Notes: a model not told the origin generated them from the sequence alone. Positions 13,072 to 26,721 are shown, counted from the whole stretch's first letter. The stretch is 61,094 nucleotides of DNA, filler included, from Sphacelaria rigidula (GCA_964200075.2; 10 parts of 10 records of this genome joined end to end with filler, not necessarily neighbours in it), one strand, 5' to 3'. A program made the numbers and translations.

Positions 13072-13190
13072 ACTGCTGCTACACCTATTGTTGCGTTGTA
13101 AGCGCTCGTACTGCTGCTACACCTATTGTTGCGTTGTAAGCGCTCGTACTGCTGCTACACCTATTGTTGCGTCGTAAGCGCTCGTACTGT
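13072..13190. repeat. Tandem repeat, 38-bp unit x3
   Basis: ACTGCTGCTACACCTATTGTTGCGTTGTAAGCGCTCGT at 13072, 13110 and 13148, with no spacers. Confidence 0.95.
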
Positions 13191-15819
13191 ACAGTACTCC
13201 GCTGTACAGTGCATAGTGCGATACTGGACCGCTACTATTGCCACTACGTTGTCTGTACAGACTGACTGCACAGCAGTCTGTACAACAGACAACAGTCGTG
13301 GGGCCGAAGCTTGTGAAGAGCACGGCGGCACGTGCACTACGCCAACTTTTCAAGGGGGTTTAGCGGGTCAGCTCCCCACACTGCCTTCAGCAAAGCTTGC
13401 AAACGCTCGAGGCGCCTACCCCACATTACTGCCATGAGGCAGTCTAGCCGAGCCTCCAGATGATCGACACACGAACCCGCTTGCGGGGAACGTATTGGGT
13501 CAAGTTTCCTCATTTCCTCAAGGAAAAAAAAAAGACGACAGCAATGCTGCACGTGTATTTACTAGTGCGCGTACTGTACAGTGCCCGTGCTATGCTGTAC
13601 ACTTGTTAAGTAGTACGATACAAGAACATCGCTACTGCCGTTATCTGGATAGTCTGCACAGCCGGCAGCAGTGGTATGTCCTACAGTAGTCCACATGCAA
13701 ACTGGGTGATTTTATGCTTGGGTATTTTTGGCGATTTTCGCGCACCGCCGTTTATCACGGTGAACGTGTGATCCCAGAGTTTGGGGATGGAGATACTTGC
13801 ATCTGCTTCACATTCCGAAAAAAACCCCTCAATTCTGCACTCACTATTGAACGACTTACGGGGTGACTGGTTCTTAGTGTCCTGCGATTACACAGCCCCA
13901 GGTCTCACTGTTGGGTATTTTTGTTCGATTGGACCAATCCCGATCGTTTTTGTGAACACATAAAATAACTTTTTATCTGAAATTCTACCTATTCCCTACA
14001 CTAGAGCGTTTTGGTCCTACGACGGTTAATAACACCCTCCTGGTGAACGAGGTCTTCGCTTTGCATCACCCCTGTAACACCAACTTGCGGATTGTGTCCT
14101 GAGCACGACCTCTTGACTTTCCCTGTATCCATCGACTCTAGCACTTGCGAGTGCTAAGGAAGAATGATATGCGATACATCCACGAAAATTCAACATTAAA
14201 ATTCGCCTAGTTTGCACGCGGACTGCTGTATGCACTATACCCATGGTCTCTGGTGAAACGGAACAGTAGTAGGACATGGCAGTACCTTTCCATAGCAAGC
14301 AGCTGCAACACATACAATCGTTGGTGTCTCCAGAGAGCACCCATACAACCGAACATTCGCAGTGCTTGGATGGGCGCGAATACCATGATTTTCAGGTTGC
14401 TTGCCCCGGCCAGCCCTATTGCCATAAGGAGCTCGTCATCGGATGAGTGTCAGTCTTTTGAGTTCTATCTCTATGTTGTCGTACTGAGAAGTGGGGTGGG
14501 TGCGAGACAAGACATGGAGCTGAACTACAGATAGGTGGTATCCGGCGTTTTATGTCGAGATAATTCTTGTCTGGGTTTTTTGCTCAGACAGAAATCCGTG
14601 AACTTTTGTCGTTCTCATCTCTGGACAAATATGATATTTTCCTTGGTCGTTTTTCCTTTAATAAAGAAGTGGTCAAACAAGAACTCTGGACAAGAAGCGG
14701 CAAAAAAGTTCAATGTTTTGGGTGATTTTTGTTTGCAATAAAAGGCAGAAGAGAAAAAGTCTCCCTCTGAGTTGGGTGGGGTGTGGTTTCGCTAAAAAAA
14801 CATATCTGATGATGACGCGAAAAAAGGGAAAATAAAAGAAGGAAGAGGGGAAACGAGGGGGAAAAAAAACACATCACCATAATTTCTCCGAGCAAGGAAA
14901 AGTGACAAAAATGGTCCGGTTCGAGCGGATTGCACCCCCAGTAAGATTTGGTCCCGTGAAATCGACCCACAGGTGATTTGGCGAACTGTGACATTCAACA
15001 TCCAGATCGCCCACCAAAAGAGCTGGTCTCAGGCCTACTGCTCGACCTAGAATTTCCCTGAAAATATACGCGACTGATCTGGGAAGCATTAGCTGAAGAC
15101 CGGAAAACTTGCACGCCCCCCCGTTGAGAAAGGTAGAAGTCTTGGACTATCGATCGGTGATACTGTTCCGAAACGATGCTGTCGGTTACAGGGTCAAAAC
15201 AGTCATCTGTGCAGTACGCAACAGAGCACATAGTGCAGCACAGCATACCTTAGTATCTGCAATAATAACTTAATGACTCAATGCACCGACTTGATATGAA
15301 ACGTATTTCATGTTGGGAGATGCTTGAAAGTCTGCACTGCAGTAACGACATCAGTGCTCTGGTGCTTGGCCATGCTCACCGGGCGTCGGTCACCCCTACG
15401 ATCTTCCATATTACACCGCCGCTTCCAGGCCGCCCCGTTTGAGCTTTTCCTTCCCTCCTGCGCCTTTTATCGCCTAGAGGTACCCCCCCTTGGTTCACCT
15501 AATCAAGGTTTTGATACGCGCAGCGTCTCTACCAAATATACCCAGATCACTATACCGAACAACTTAACACCGGACGAATCTGTCACCCGCAGATGTAGAA
15601 AATACTTACTTTTTCGCTCTTCTATTTAATACATTTACAACAGACCCGCGGTCCAATGTGGTACCACCACCAGATACAAAACGTTTCCCTCAGAAAAAAA
15701 CAGAGAGACTGCAGAAACATACTAATGTAGTTCATTTCCTCTGGTAAATTCATACACTAAATACCTATCGACCAGAATGGCAAATGAGGACTAGAGGCAG
15801 CCTACCTAGACCCAACAAC

Positions 15820-15863
15820 GAATCCGAGAAGAGTCCGAGAAGAATCCGAGAAGAGTCCGAGAA
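15820..15863. repeat. Tandem 11-bp repeat x4 (GARTCCGAGAA)
   Basis: GAATCCGAGAA and GAGTCCGAGAA alternate. Confidence 0.9.
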
Positions 15864-16707
15864 AATGACAAAATTCCGGGCGGAGATGAATGGATCATGC
15901 CTTCACATACGGAAAAATGGACCTGAATCCCCCGCCAGAGTAGCAGGGCTTTGCACTGTCTACTCTAGGTCTTCGGGGGACTAGCCGAAATCGGAAGCAG
16001 CATCCAGCGAATCCTTTTCGGCCTCAAGGGAAAATTAGCTTACAAAGCCTCTGTGCGTGACCGTTGCGTTGGAGACGGGGAAAGATTGCTGATTTCTGCT
16101 GTGCTCACCAAATCAGAATTATTGGCGAAAGCATCGCACAGCCGGATCAACACCATCTGAACGCAGCACCCCTGCTTTCGGGGAGGACATGGGACTTAGC
16201 ATCTGACGAGATACGTTGTTGAGGCGCCCTTCGCAAAATTTATGTGCCTTAGTCGTGGGTTTGCATCTCGTTTCCCCAGGGGAGGTGCACATTACAGTGT
16301 AAGTAGTAAAAATTGCGGTGAAAATCGGCGGCAAATGCGACGGACAGAACAATGGTGCTAGAGGTAATCGAGCAAGTGGCGGGTATGGTGGGGAGCATTC
16401 TCGAGTTTCCCCTGGCGGGCGCATTGTCGAGGTTGCTGCCTGCGGGAGTCGGAAGCGAAACGGGGCAGCAGGTGCGCGAAGTTGTTATGGTGGTGGTGGT
16501 GTTGTTGTTGTGAGCTATATTGCCCTCTACTGCTAAAGTGAACATGGGGTCGGTTACTGTCTGTGTACCTGCTTCAAAACGGGTTTTCCCAAGTTTCCCC
16601 TTATTTTTTATTCCTTACTCGAGGTAACACTGCATGAAGTGAAATACATGCAGAGACAGGAGCGACGCAGGGTGAGAGGTATGTTCAACCTGTTTTGCTG
16701 TTCTGAT

Positions 16708-17787
16708 TAGGCCTGAGTCCTTGGTGCCGGCCTAATTTCTAGCATAATTCGTCTTTTTTTGCCCGAATTTGCCTACGATCTTGATGCCAGCATAATCAGG
16801 GCTGAGGTCGTGTCTTATCGAATTGTTTTGGTGTCGAAAATTTGCGGTCGAATCGAATTCGCTCGTTTCTGATTCGCCCACGCTCATTATTTTCTCAGAT
16901 GGTTGAGAACATGGATGCCATGGACGTATCAAGTATGAGCAAATTCGATTCCACCGTACGTTTTCGAGTCGAAAACATTTCTATGAGATACGGCTTGAGC
17001 TAGCATAATCCCCCACTCAGCGGCATAATCCGGCAGCATAAAAACCGTTACCGGCTATTTTGATTGTAGAGCATGACCTCTAGAATCAAACACAAACATA
17101 CAGCGTACAGTACAGTGTACAGCATACAGCCACGAGCTACGAGAGTGGGGACAGAGACAGAGAATACAGAGGTACAGAGGTACCAGGTATGGCACAGGCG
17201 CTAGCCAGGAATGATGCGCCTGGTTTTGAGCGGCTGATTGGCTTGCAAACTGCCTCGACCGGTGCTGCGGCCATACCCTGTGGATAATGACCATTTGAAG
17301 AAATCACGGACACACATCGCCTGTAGAGGTACTCAGTTCGGGAGATACGACCGTACGTGCGCTGTCGGCGCTGCGTCGCGCCGAAACTTCGCCCACATGT
17401 AATGTGAAGTAGTACACAAAACAAGCCCACATCGCTGAATCTGGGCTTGCGGCTTGCAGCAGCACGCAACGGGCCGAAAATAATATGTTTTTTATTTTGG
17501 CGGAAGACTGATACAATTACAACCAAATGCACTACGAACGTACGGCACCGGGCGTGCACTGCCTCGCGGATACACGACAGTGATGTCTGCGAAGCATATT
17601 TGATGCATGTTTCTGCTTGGTGGCCAGCATAGAAGGAGCATAACATCGTTTTATGTGAGGTGGCATAAAAGCATAATGTAGCATAATTGCAGCGCGTTTC
17701 ACCCTTTTCAGAGCATTATCTGAAAAGAAGGGGCATAAAAGAGGTGGCATAATCGGTGAAAAGAGGAGCATAAAGGACTCAGGCCTA
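16708..17787. mobile_element. Non-autonomous hAT-type DNA transposon (1080 bp)
   Basis: 15-bp TIR TAGGCCTGAGTCCTT / AAGGACTCAGGCCTA. Perfect 8-bp TSD GTTCTGAT (16700-16707, 17788-17795). Many subterminal GCATAA(T) motifs at both ends. No transposase. Confidence 0.9.
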
Positions 17788-18933
17788 GTTCTGATTCTTA
17801 TATTTTTTGCCCCATTTTATGGTTGAATGCTTTGTGTTTCTTGTTCATTATATAGCACGTTACAGACGATGAGGTGATGTAGTACGTTTTACTATTTTAT
17901 AAGTATAGAGTACTGCGCAGATATCGGAACGGTTTTTATTGTGAAGACAACAACATCTGTACTGCTGTTGGCAGCGTCGATATAACCATAGTCTTCGTGT
18001 GTTCAAACCGTTCACCGCCAGCGTACGAGTATGAATAGATCGATCTCTTGAATCCGCACCACTTTCACCTGAAGAAACACTGCGTATACCGGACGACCCA
18101 CGTCCACGTGTTGAGGTTGTAATGATCGACTTCTTTTTTGTTCAATATCGCGGTATAAATAGCGCCACTATCGTGGTGCCACCCCCTCAAGTCCGTACAA
18201 GGAGGAACGGGACGTGCTAGAGGGGGAAATACGAGACGTGAACAAAGGTGGCATGAAATCNNNNNNNNNNNNNNNNNNNNNNNNNNNNNNNNNNNNNNNN
18301 NNNNTTAATTAATTAANNNNNNNNNNNNNNNNNNNNNNNNNNNNNNNNNNNNNNNNNNNNTGCGTTTCTGGCCATTTATCGTACCTTTCCTAGGCAAAAA
18401 ACGAGAAGGTATACCTTTTCTAGGCCATTGCCCAAATGAAAATCCTCCTGAAGCGGGAAGGAGGCTGCGAGATCGTACAGCTGGCGCTTCAACGACCGCG
18501 TGTTGTGTATAGCTCTGGCGTTGAGGACCATCGTTTTGCTCGTGCGGTGCCGATACCTGGGAGATTTCACACCTTGGACAATATATGGTCAGTAGTTGTT
18601 GCAATAGACAAGAAACGCACCGCATGAAGTATAGGCCTATTGCGACTTTTGTCGGCCGGGATTAGTTACAATAGGCCTATACTTTATGTAGTACACTACT
18701 GCATCTACTGTATTGACCATATATTGTCCGGGGTGTGGAAGGTTTAAATACGGTCAGCACCATGACCTTTGCACGTGTACTCGTGCCAACACATACAACC
18801 AGTGTACCCTCCCATTGTTCAGCTTGTGAAGCTGCATCCACCAACCACCCTCGTGAAGTAGAGGTAATTACGAGCAACCACCAAGAGCAGTAAATCCACG
18901 TGCCAGTTGACAACAAGTTGAACCAAGGCGCAC

Positions 18934-19490
18934 CTGACAAACCACCCTTCGAAGAACGGTTGTCGACTAGACTTTGGCGGAGGTCGCGGGTTGAACGGCG
19001 ACGCCATGGCCACCTGCGGACATACCGTGAACGTGCCCCCGGACACGATCATCGCGCCAATGAAAGACGCGAGCGCACTGCTGAATGCACGAGGCGATCC
19101 CATCCGGATAGCCCCCATCCCAGCAAATCGGCCCGCACTAGTTTGGCTGGTATCCTCGACTCGACTACGCGAAGCGGTCCTTGAGCCTTGTTTTCGTTGT
19201 CTAACTCTTCGTCGACCGGAAAGCCAAGGCAATAACCAAGCTGTTTGGAGTGCTCTCTCCAGTCTACCAGGTGTAAGTACAGTACTGGGAGACGTCGCGC
19301 TGCCAGCAGTCTGGTTGTTGGAAGTGGAGGCAGAGGAGGGTGGTATATCCCGTATGTTTCTGGTAACCTCAGGTGCCGCAGCGCGAGTACCACCCCCGCC
19401 CAAAGATAGAACGAGACGGCGTGTGCTGCCCGCACCACTGCCGCATTGCATGCTTGATACAATGAGCGCAGTCAATATGCTCGTCCGCAT
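18934..19490 (-). CDS. VTE1: Tocopherol cyclase-like protein, first coding exon with long plastid presequence
   Basis: ORF starts MRTSILTALIVSSMQC (signal-like) and ends QPFFEGWFV-R, matching the N-terminal FFEGWY motif of tocopherol cyclases. Splice donor AG/GTGCGC at 18933. Family call rests on this one motif. Confidence 0.65.
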
Positions 19491-19887
19491 AGCATGAGTA
19501 TGGTACGCGTCTGCTGCTGTGTAGACTCGCCTCTCTAGCCAGATTTCATCACATCAACACTACAACGATCAATTATCCTCTTGCTGATGACGTATTCTTC
19601 GCGTTGGCTTATGGCCGAGTGAATGATATCTCATGAAGGAAAGATTGAACCTGTTGCTAACAAGCCTGTCAGCACGGTGTTAGAATCTGTCGCACCAACT
19701 CTCATCCGGTGTGGCCTGCGAGCGCGGGTTGCCACGGCTTGACTTCAGATCTGAGAATACAGGAAAATGTGACATATAAAAAGGTTTCTTCGCGGCCAGT
19801 CGAACCCACAGCACACATTTAGAAACGAAGCACATGTGTGTACACCGTGAGCAGCAGCCACTTGTAGCCCGAGAACTCACCGCCTCT
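19491..19887. promoter_or_regulatory. Putative bidirectional promoter region between divergent genes
   Basis: About 400 bp separates the ATG at 19490 (-) and the ATG at 19888 (+). Inferred from gene layout only. Confidence 0.4.
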
Positions 19888-20152
19888 ATGTTCACCTCCA
19901 CCACTACGAGCAATGCCAAAAGCCTGTCAAGGAAACGGCAAAGACCGTCGTCTAATCGCACTGCGAATCACAGCGGCAGCAGCAGTGGCAGCAGCAGCGG
20001 ACACGTGGGCATATCCATGCTGTTGCTCGCACTCTTGAGATGCCCTGCAGGCACTGCAGCTAGAAGCAGCAGCGGCGGTGGCGGTGGTGGCAACCACGGG
20101 GCAGCTCCGTTCAGAGCATCTGGTTCACCGCAAGGTCATGGTTCACGGGGAG
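19888..20152 (+). CDS. Unknown protein, exon 1
   Basis: Open Ser/Gly-rich frame with a hydrophobic SMLLLALLRC segment, ending at donor G/GTACGA (phase 1), which matches the phase of the next exon. The start could be a later ATG. Confidence 0.6.
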
Positions 20153-20734
20153 GTACGATATATTCGGCGTGGGGCAGTGGACTTCGATAAATGCGTGTGT
20201 GTATGATATCTGCGTGAGCGGAGTTTCGCGTGTGTTGAGGTACACCGGGTACGGAGCTGTTGTTAACGGCTCCCAGACCACCTCACCGAGATCACTCGGC
20301 ACGGATATCATGGCTCTTGATCGTCACCTTTGAATCCGAGTTGTTCCACGTTTACTATCTGCCCCTCCCCATACCCTACCCCTCGCCTCCCGCCCCCCCC
20401 CTCCTCCCCACACACACACATATATATATATCGCAAGACTCGAAACGCGTGTGATCCACAACACACATACAACACCGGCGACACAAACGAACTCACTGCA
20501 GTGTAGTTCAGTACAATGCAGTGCAGCGCAGTAGTACAACATTAGTCATACAACACGTGACACATTCTTGAGCGAAAATCTTGAATCTTGATCTGTGACT
20601 ACATTCGCGAAGCGGTTCCCTCCTTTGGTCCGCACGCACTCTACTATCCAGCAGTACGGTATATCAGTTGAAGCAACTCTGCTCTCCTTCCGATATATAA
20701 TGTGCTCGCTCTGTTGCCTCTTTTTTGCCGACAG

Positions 20735-20805
20735 AACCAGAAGGCGTGGAATGGGTGCAATGGACGTATCAGTATCAATCAACCCCGGGAGCAACACCAT
20801 TCACG
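20735..20805 (+). CDS. Unknown protein, exon 2 (EPEGVEWVQWTYQYQSTPGATPFT)
   Basis: Pyrimidine tract plus ACAG acceptor and G/GTGAGT donor; in frame with the exon ending at 20152. Confidence 0.7.
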
Positions 20806-22236
20806 GTGAGTTTTTCACAATGTTTCACCGTTTATCGATCACATCCTCTCCCCTTCAGCCGCCATCCCCCACCAGACTGCCCAAATTTGTCTGGGCAAGC
20901 GTTGTGGTGCGGAATCGTCACATTCCAAGAGACAACGCGCCTGTTTACAGACGTGAGTATTAGCGTGGCGTGCACTGTCTGTACCACCGATGGAAATCAT
21001 TATACGTTGTGCTGAACGCTGCCATTGGCAGAGGCGGCTGTCGCAGTACTCTTCCCCTGAGCTACGATCAGTTGCAAATTGCAGGGCATGTACTTGTGCT
21101 CGTACCTATCGAGGGCGAAGGCGTATTCATGTTCCATCATTGCGTGGAACAACGGTTGGACATACAAGATGTGATCCTTGGAGAAATCCTTGACACACGT
21201 ACGCCCTTGAGTGTTGTTGCCAAGAGAGCTGTATCTGTAGCCAGTGCACCGTAGTAATGGACGCAAATGCTCAATATACTGCAATCCCCTCGTTTCGGAG
21301 CATTTGATTGGTCAGACCACCCCTCGTTCTAGGCTTTTGAGTGAGATGTCACATGTTTGTTATTCCCAGATATTCGCTGCGAACACGTACGGTTGACCGT
21401 GGAAGCTTCTCCGTCGATCTGGGGACCAACCGGGATCTCTCGTTTGGAACACGGAACTCCTGTCAGCGGGCGAAGCTGTTGCGAAGCTGTTCCGAAACGA
21501 CGCTGGCGGTCAAACGGTTGAACCATTTTCACGATTAGGACAAATCATCACGACTCAAAATCACCAATTCACGACTTCTTCGGTCTGATCGCCCAAAAGG
21601 GAGAAAAAAAATGATCGCTGGTCCAAGAGGTATCCACGCAACTNNNNNNNNNNAAGCCTAGGGATTGATTCGTCACGAGTCGAGTCATGATACTGAAACC
21701 AAGTGATTTGCAGACGAATCATTATTTGTCCGACCCTGTGGAACCTTTGACCACGAAGAATCTGGGGTCAGTAATGTGGGACCGATCGACTCGAAAATCG
21801 GTGGACTGGCTGGTGCATATTGACATACCTACTGGAGTCGAACATACTGGTTCGTGATCGAACGGCTCACTGCTGGACTGCGACGCGTTTTGCTCACCCT
21901 CGTTGCAGCAACGTTGGTACATGAAGTTGAAGTCATGGCACGTCCCTAGCGGCATGCCATGATTCTGATTGACTTCTAATTGAACGCGAAGGGTTGAAGA
22001 CGACGTTGGTCGCACATTCGTTGGGGGCAAACTAAAGTTCATAGATCGGACGTATCCTCGCTGGTCCGAATCACCAAACCTACGATTCATGAGGGCGTAT
22101 CTTATATTTCGGTGTCGAAAACATGCGGTGGAATCGAATTCGACACCATTCTTTTTTATTATTATTAGACACGGCCTGAGGTCTGATTGCTCGAAAAAGA
22201 GGAAATAAGTTGGGCATTTATTGCGTCATTTTTGAT

Positions 22237-22546
22237 TGGCATCTCAGTTGGTAGCCTCGAAACCTTCTGGGATTTTTTCTCACACCATGCCCAACAGTGG
22301 AGAGCGACTATGTCGCGGGTACACAAAATTCGACTTCGCGGTCGACGAGGGAAAGGGACTGCTGAACCCCTCTCGCGATCAAAAAGAAAGGCAAGCAACG
22401 CAAAAGAAAGGTGGGGTACCAAAAACAAAGATGAAAAAAAATCTCCTGTGTTGACCTTCCTCCTGTGTCACCCGGGCTGAAACGCCCACATATGCCGAAA
22501 CGTGTAGACTGGCATCCAGAATAGATGGGACAACACACACACACAC
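22237..22546 (+). mobile_element. SINE family A copy with partly deleted head and (CA)n tail
   Basis: TCTCAGTTGGTAG head remnant, body colinear with 10569-11170, ends in (CA)n. Confidence 0.8.
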
Positions 22547-22601
22547 GTGCCTAGGGTGGCCGTTACCTGGAGTGCATCGCTGGAAACAAGTCCAAAACTT
22601 C

Positions 22602-22857
22602 CACAGGTGAAACAGCTCATGAGCTACCTAAAATAGCTAACCGAAGAGGACTCTCAGATCTCTTGTCTAACGGAACACAATACGTACAGCGAGGTCTGAG
22701 AAGCCAAAGCGCTGCCTTTGCGCCACTCCGCGTGCTCGGCGTCCAGCGCTGGAAGGAGCAAATATGGAGGAGGGGCCATGTGAGCTAGCTCATGCTCCGG
22801 ATCGGTATACTAGTAAGAAGTAATTGTTAATTTAGCGCACAAGCTGTCCGACGTGTG
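22602..22857. mobile_element. hAT-like MITE (~256 bp), same family as 42966-43220
   Basis: Degenerate TIRs CACAGGTGAAACAGCT ... AGCTGTCCGACGTGTG. Internal similarity to the 43-kb copy (CTCCGCGTGCTCGGCGTCCAGCGCTG). Confidence 0.75.
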
Positions 22858-23084
22858 AAAGACTCATTCGTAAGGTAAAAATCAAATTTACTGAAAGCGA
22901 GTAATTCTCAGACGCAATTTTTTTCGCCTGACACTCGGAAACTTTCGTGCAGTCAACGTGCGCCGATAGCAAGGACAGACCCTGTTGCGCGGCTGTGTGT
23001 GCAGACAGGCGTCTCTTGGGACTGTGTCTCGTCACCGCTGTTGTTGGTGCTGTAGTTTGGTGTTTTTCGGTTTGATGAACAAAA

Positions 23085-23200
23085 AAGGAAGAAGCTCCTG
23101 TGTCGACCTTCCTCCTGTGTGACCTCGGCTGGTGCGCCCACATATACCGAAACGTGTAGACCGGCGTCCAGAATAGATAGGACGACAACACACACATACA
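23085..23200 (+). mobile_element. SINE family A 3' fragment
   Basis: CCTTCCTCCTGTGTGACC...CCCACATATACCGAA...(CA)n. Confidence 0.75.
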
Positions 23201-26200
23201 TAAAGGAGATATGGCGGGCTGCAGTCTCGAGTGCAGTCTTTCGAAGGTGCTGATGCAGTACCTTGACAATCGCCCGCTGTAAATACTGGGTATTCCAGAG
23301 TAGCTCGAGTATCACCTGTCGAATACATGAAGGCTTTTTCTCGTTATGCTTTCGCATAACTCGCATAAATTGTGCGTTTTTGTTTTTCGGTCTTGCACAG
23401 TGAACTCAAGTAATTGCAACGCCTCGGCGGGGTTTCCGCTTAAAAATAATCCTTTTTTCAGCAAGACGCATAACTATTTTGAAAAAAAAAAACGCATCAG
23501 AAGCAAAAACCTGGATATACTGGAAATATCTTGGGTGCCTGTTCGAATTCCTCGTACCCGCGCTGTACCCTGTCCTGAGCAATTTTACACCCTTTGCTCT
23601 GAGGTGTTAACCCTCTTCGTATTGGACGTCCTATCCAAAAATGATTTTCTCAGTTCTCGTGTGTAGGGAACGCGGAAGACAGGGTCCGGCACCCACATCA
23701 CAGCCCCATGAGTACTGTAGACAAGCACCACTGTACCGTACATAATTCGCTGCAAAAACTGGTCTCGCCACGTTCGATTTCCCAAATTTGTTGTGGGCAG
23801 ACTGTCTCCGACGCGGAGACCTCGGCTGTTCGTGGCCGATCATGCCTTTTATTTTATTAATGACTAGTTTTATTTTCCGATTCGACATTTCTTTCCCGCC
23901 GCGTTGTCTTATCCCATGTTGATTGGCTGACTAATTTACGTGCATGAAATGATCCCCCAGGAAGTCATAATCCAGCCGTAGTCAATGTCCACAATGATGC
24001 TAGCGGTCATTATCCACAATTATATTAGTCACATGGTTGTCGTACCCGAAAGTAAGCTAAACAGAGAACAACACCGCTGAAGGAAAGTGAAGAAAATAGA
24101 AGGGTGGAGCAGACACTACAGTAAGAGCAGGTGAACTGAGGGCCCGTCTTAACGAAGGGGATAATCCCCTTTTTCAAAATCCCCTTCTTGAAAAACGACC
24201 GCTGATTGGTCGCTGCGATACCACCCCCCCAAAAAAATCCCCTCAATGTGCACAGAAATCCCCTTTTCAAAAGGGAATTTTTGGGCACCTCGAACGGGAA
24301 CATACGTATCCGGTTGACAGGGGCACATGCAAAGACTCACCACACTGCCCAACACGTTCAGGGCTGAACTTGAGAAACTTNNNNNNNNNNNNNNNNNNNN
24401 NNNNNNNNNNNNNNNNNNNNNNNNTTAATTAATTAANNNNNNNNNNNNNNNNNNNNNNNNNNNNNNNNNNNNNNNNNNNNTTAGGAGCCCCTGAACGAGA
24501 CAAAATTTCGCGAAAAAAGTGCACCCCTACCGTAGCATTGCTGTCGAGTGAAAATCAGTGCCAAGTAGGCGGTCTCTCTCCTTGTTTTGAATCCCACCTT
24601 ATGTCTAGTTCCAACCTCGCGCTATCACCCCTCAGGTGTATTCCGAAGCCACAATGATCATTCACGACCTGAGATGCAACAACCGGAAACTGATACTTCC
24701 TCTGTGCCATAAGTCTGTGCAGTTATGTTTATATGAGCCCTTAACGATGTCCGATTTGATTTTCGATTTTTTTGGCTGCATTCGTTGGCGTTTTTTGAGG
24801 TAAAAACAATACTCTTTCTGCAACATGGGTGCTTGACCCGTGCAGACTCGCGACCGAGAAAACTTGAGCCGGTCAAAGTTTGGGCATGTTTCACTTTTTT
24901 CCCCAGTAAAGCACAGCAGACCCGGAAATCGCGAAAAATTGTGAAAAATCGTGAAAACCGCAGAACCACCACTGATTTGGATATCTCCGTGACGTTAACA
25001 TACGCACGCCCCATCTGAAACTTTTTCAGCATGTGATCGCTAGTGCTCGACGTAAAAAACGTCCAAACTCGGTCAACATTGGGGTATGAGTGGACCAAAA
25101 AGGGCCAAAATGGGGTATATTTTGACCTAAAATTAGTATTGAAGATATATATTTTTTCCTTTCTTTTTTGTCAAGTCAGCTTCTTCCGCGCGTTATCTCT
25201 CAAACGAACCCAACTATAGGATGATCATCAGCGTTGAAATACCCAAACAATCAAACGTCCATAAGTACACAGACTTATGGCACAGAGGAAGTATGAGAAC
25301 AGTTTCGCAGTTGGTAACGTCGACACTCGAGTCCTCGTGCCCCCGACACTCGAGTCCTCGTGCCCCCGAATTTCGTTCCCTTGTGTAGGCGTAGGAAGAG
25401 TACGCAGCGTCCGAAGAGCTAGACTCACTCATGCATTTTGCCTTGGGCGGAAACGAGAACAGCGTTCGGCGGGACGGGCCCTTCATGCCCTCTGTGTCGC
25501 CACTTGAGAAGTGCGCATCACGCGAAAAAATGTGGGTCAACGTTTCCTATCGCAACCCACTGTAGTCGCTAAGACCTCGTGGCTCTTGGCTTCGCAGCAT
25601 TTGGTCGACTAAATAATTGTGGAGGCTGATCCATTTGAATTGATCCCGATACCTTCCAACGTGTTCATTTTTGAGCTTCATTTTTCAACCAGGAAAAGAC
25701 ACTTGTGCTTCCGCTGGATCGTATGTCAATCGTTTGGCACATTCAAAACATCGCGATTCGGAATATATTTTACTCGAAACGAAACATATTTCAGCCAAAA
25801 CAGAGCAAAACTCAGTGAACCGGCACATTTTTTATCCGAAACGGAACGTATTATTGTCACTGACTCTAGACTTCATCATGGCGACCCGGTTCGGCGAATG
25901 CACCCCCCGCCGATCGGCTTTGCACGTGGTGAGTTCTGCCGAGAAACACCACACATGACCACCATCTTCGGACGGGTTGAGCTTCATGTACTAGTTGAAA
26001 AGACACCTGTAGCGGTGGTCCTCTGAAAAAACTCAGGGTTTTCTTTGCTATGATTCATCTCTGACAGGGTCTGATTTGTTTATAATACCTGAAGCGCAAG
26101 ATTCGACGACTGACACCCGCTTTCTAGCACGAACACTACAGCATCTATCAGGTCCAAATTCGATAAATGCTGCCTCTGGGGACGAAACCTTCGAGATTCG

Positions 26201-26721
26201 TGCCATGGTAAACACAGCCGAAGTCGGTCGGACGAGGGCACTCGAGCAAAAGTCGAGCCCCCTCCGGGCCCGACAATCGACATTACACCCTCACGTCGGC
26301 CTCCCTGCGCTTCTGAGATGACTTGGAGACGAAACCCTTATTCTGTCATTCCATGCACGGCGTGAGGCTCAAAGTGACAGCGCATAAGCGCTCACAGTAA
26401 TCAAACCCAGCTACAGATAGTCCAGTACTTGGGGGCTACAGTCGGGAGTGTGTTTTCGCCACAACGCACTCATGCAGCACATTCCCAGCGTGTTTCTACA
26501 TGTAAGTTTCGCGGAGATTGCTCTGACCGCAATAACCACTATCCTTTCTTCACCGTTCGATGTTTACCATCAACCCGCCCTAGCGGAAAACAAGGATTTG
26601 ATGAACGGAAGGTCACAAGCAGACAAAGCTACTTTGCAGCGTGCCTCGGCAGAGAAAACGATCAAGTGAGGATACGACCTATTCCTCTTGTATATATCTT
26701 CACGTCGACCTACTTTTGCAG

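Noticed and set aside
13072..13190. 38-bp direct repeats resembling a CRISPR array
   Set aside because: Units are head-to-tail without spacers, there are no cas genes, and the context is eukaryotic.
14026..14440. Ulp1-protease-like or helicase-like fragments on the minus strand
   Set aside because: Only one or two loosely matching residues; no catalytic motif can be supported.
26411..26666. Two further upstream DnaJ exons (about 26411-26501 and 26584-26665)
   Set aside because: Splice phases can be made to fit, but the translation has no recognisable J-protein motif; not supported enough to list.
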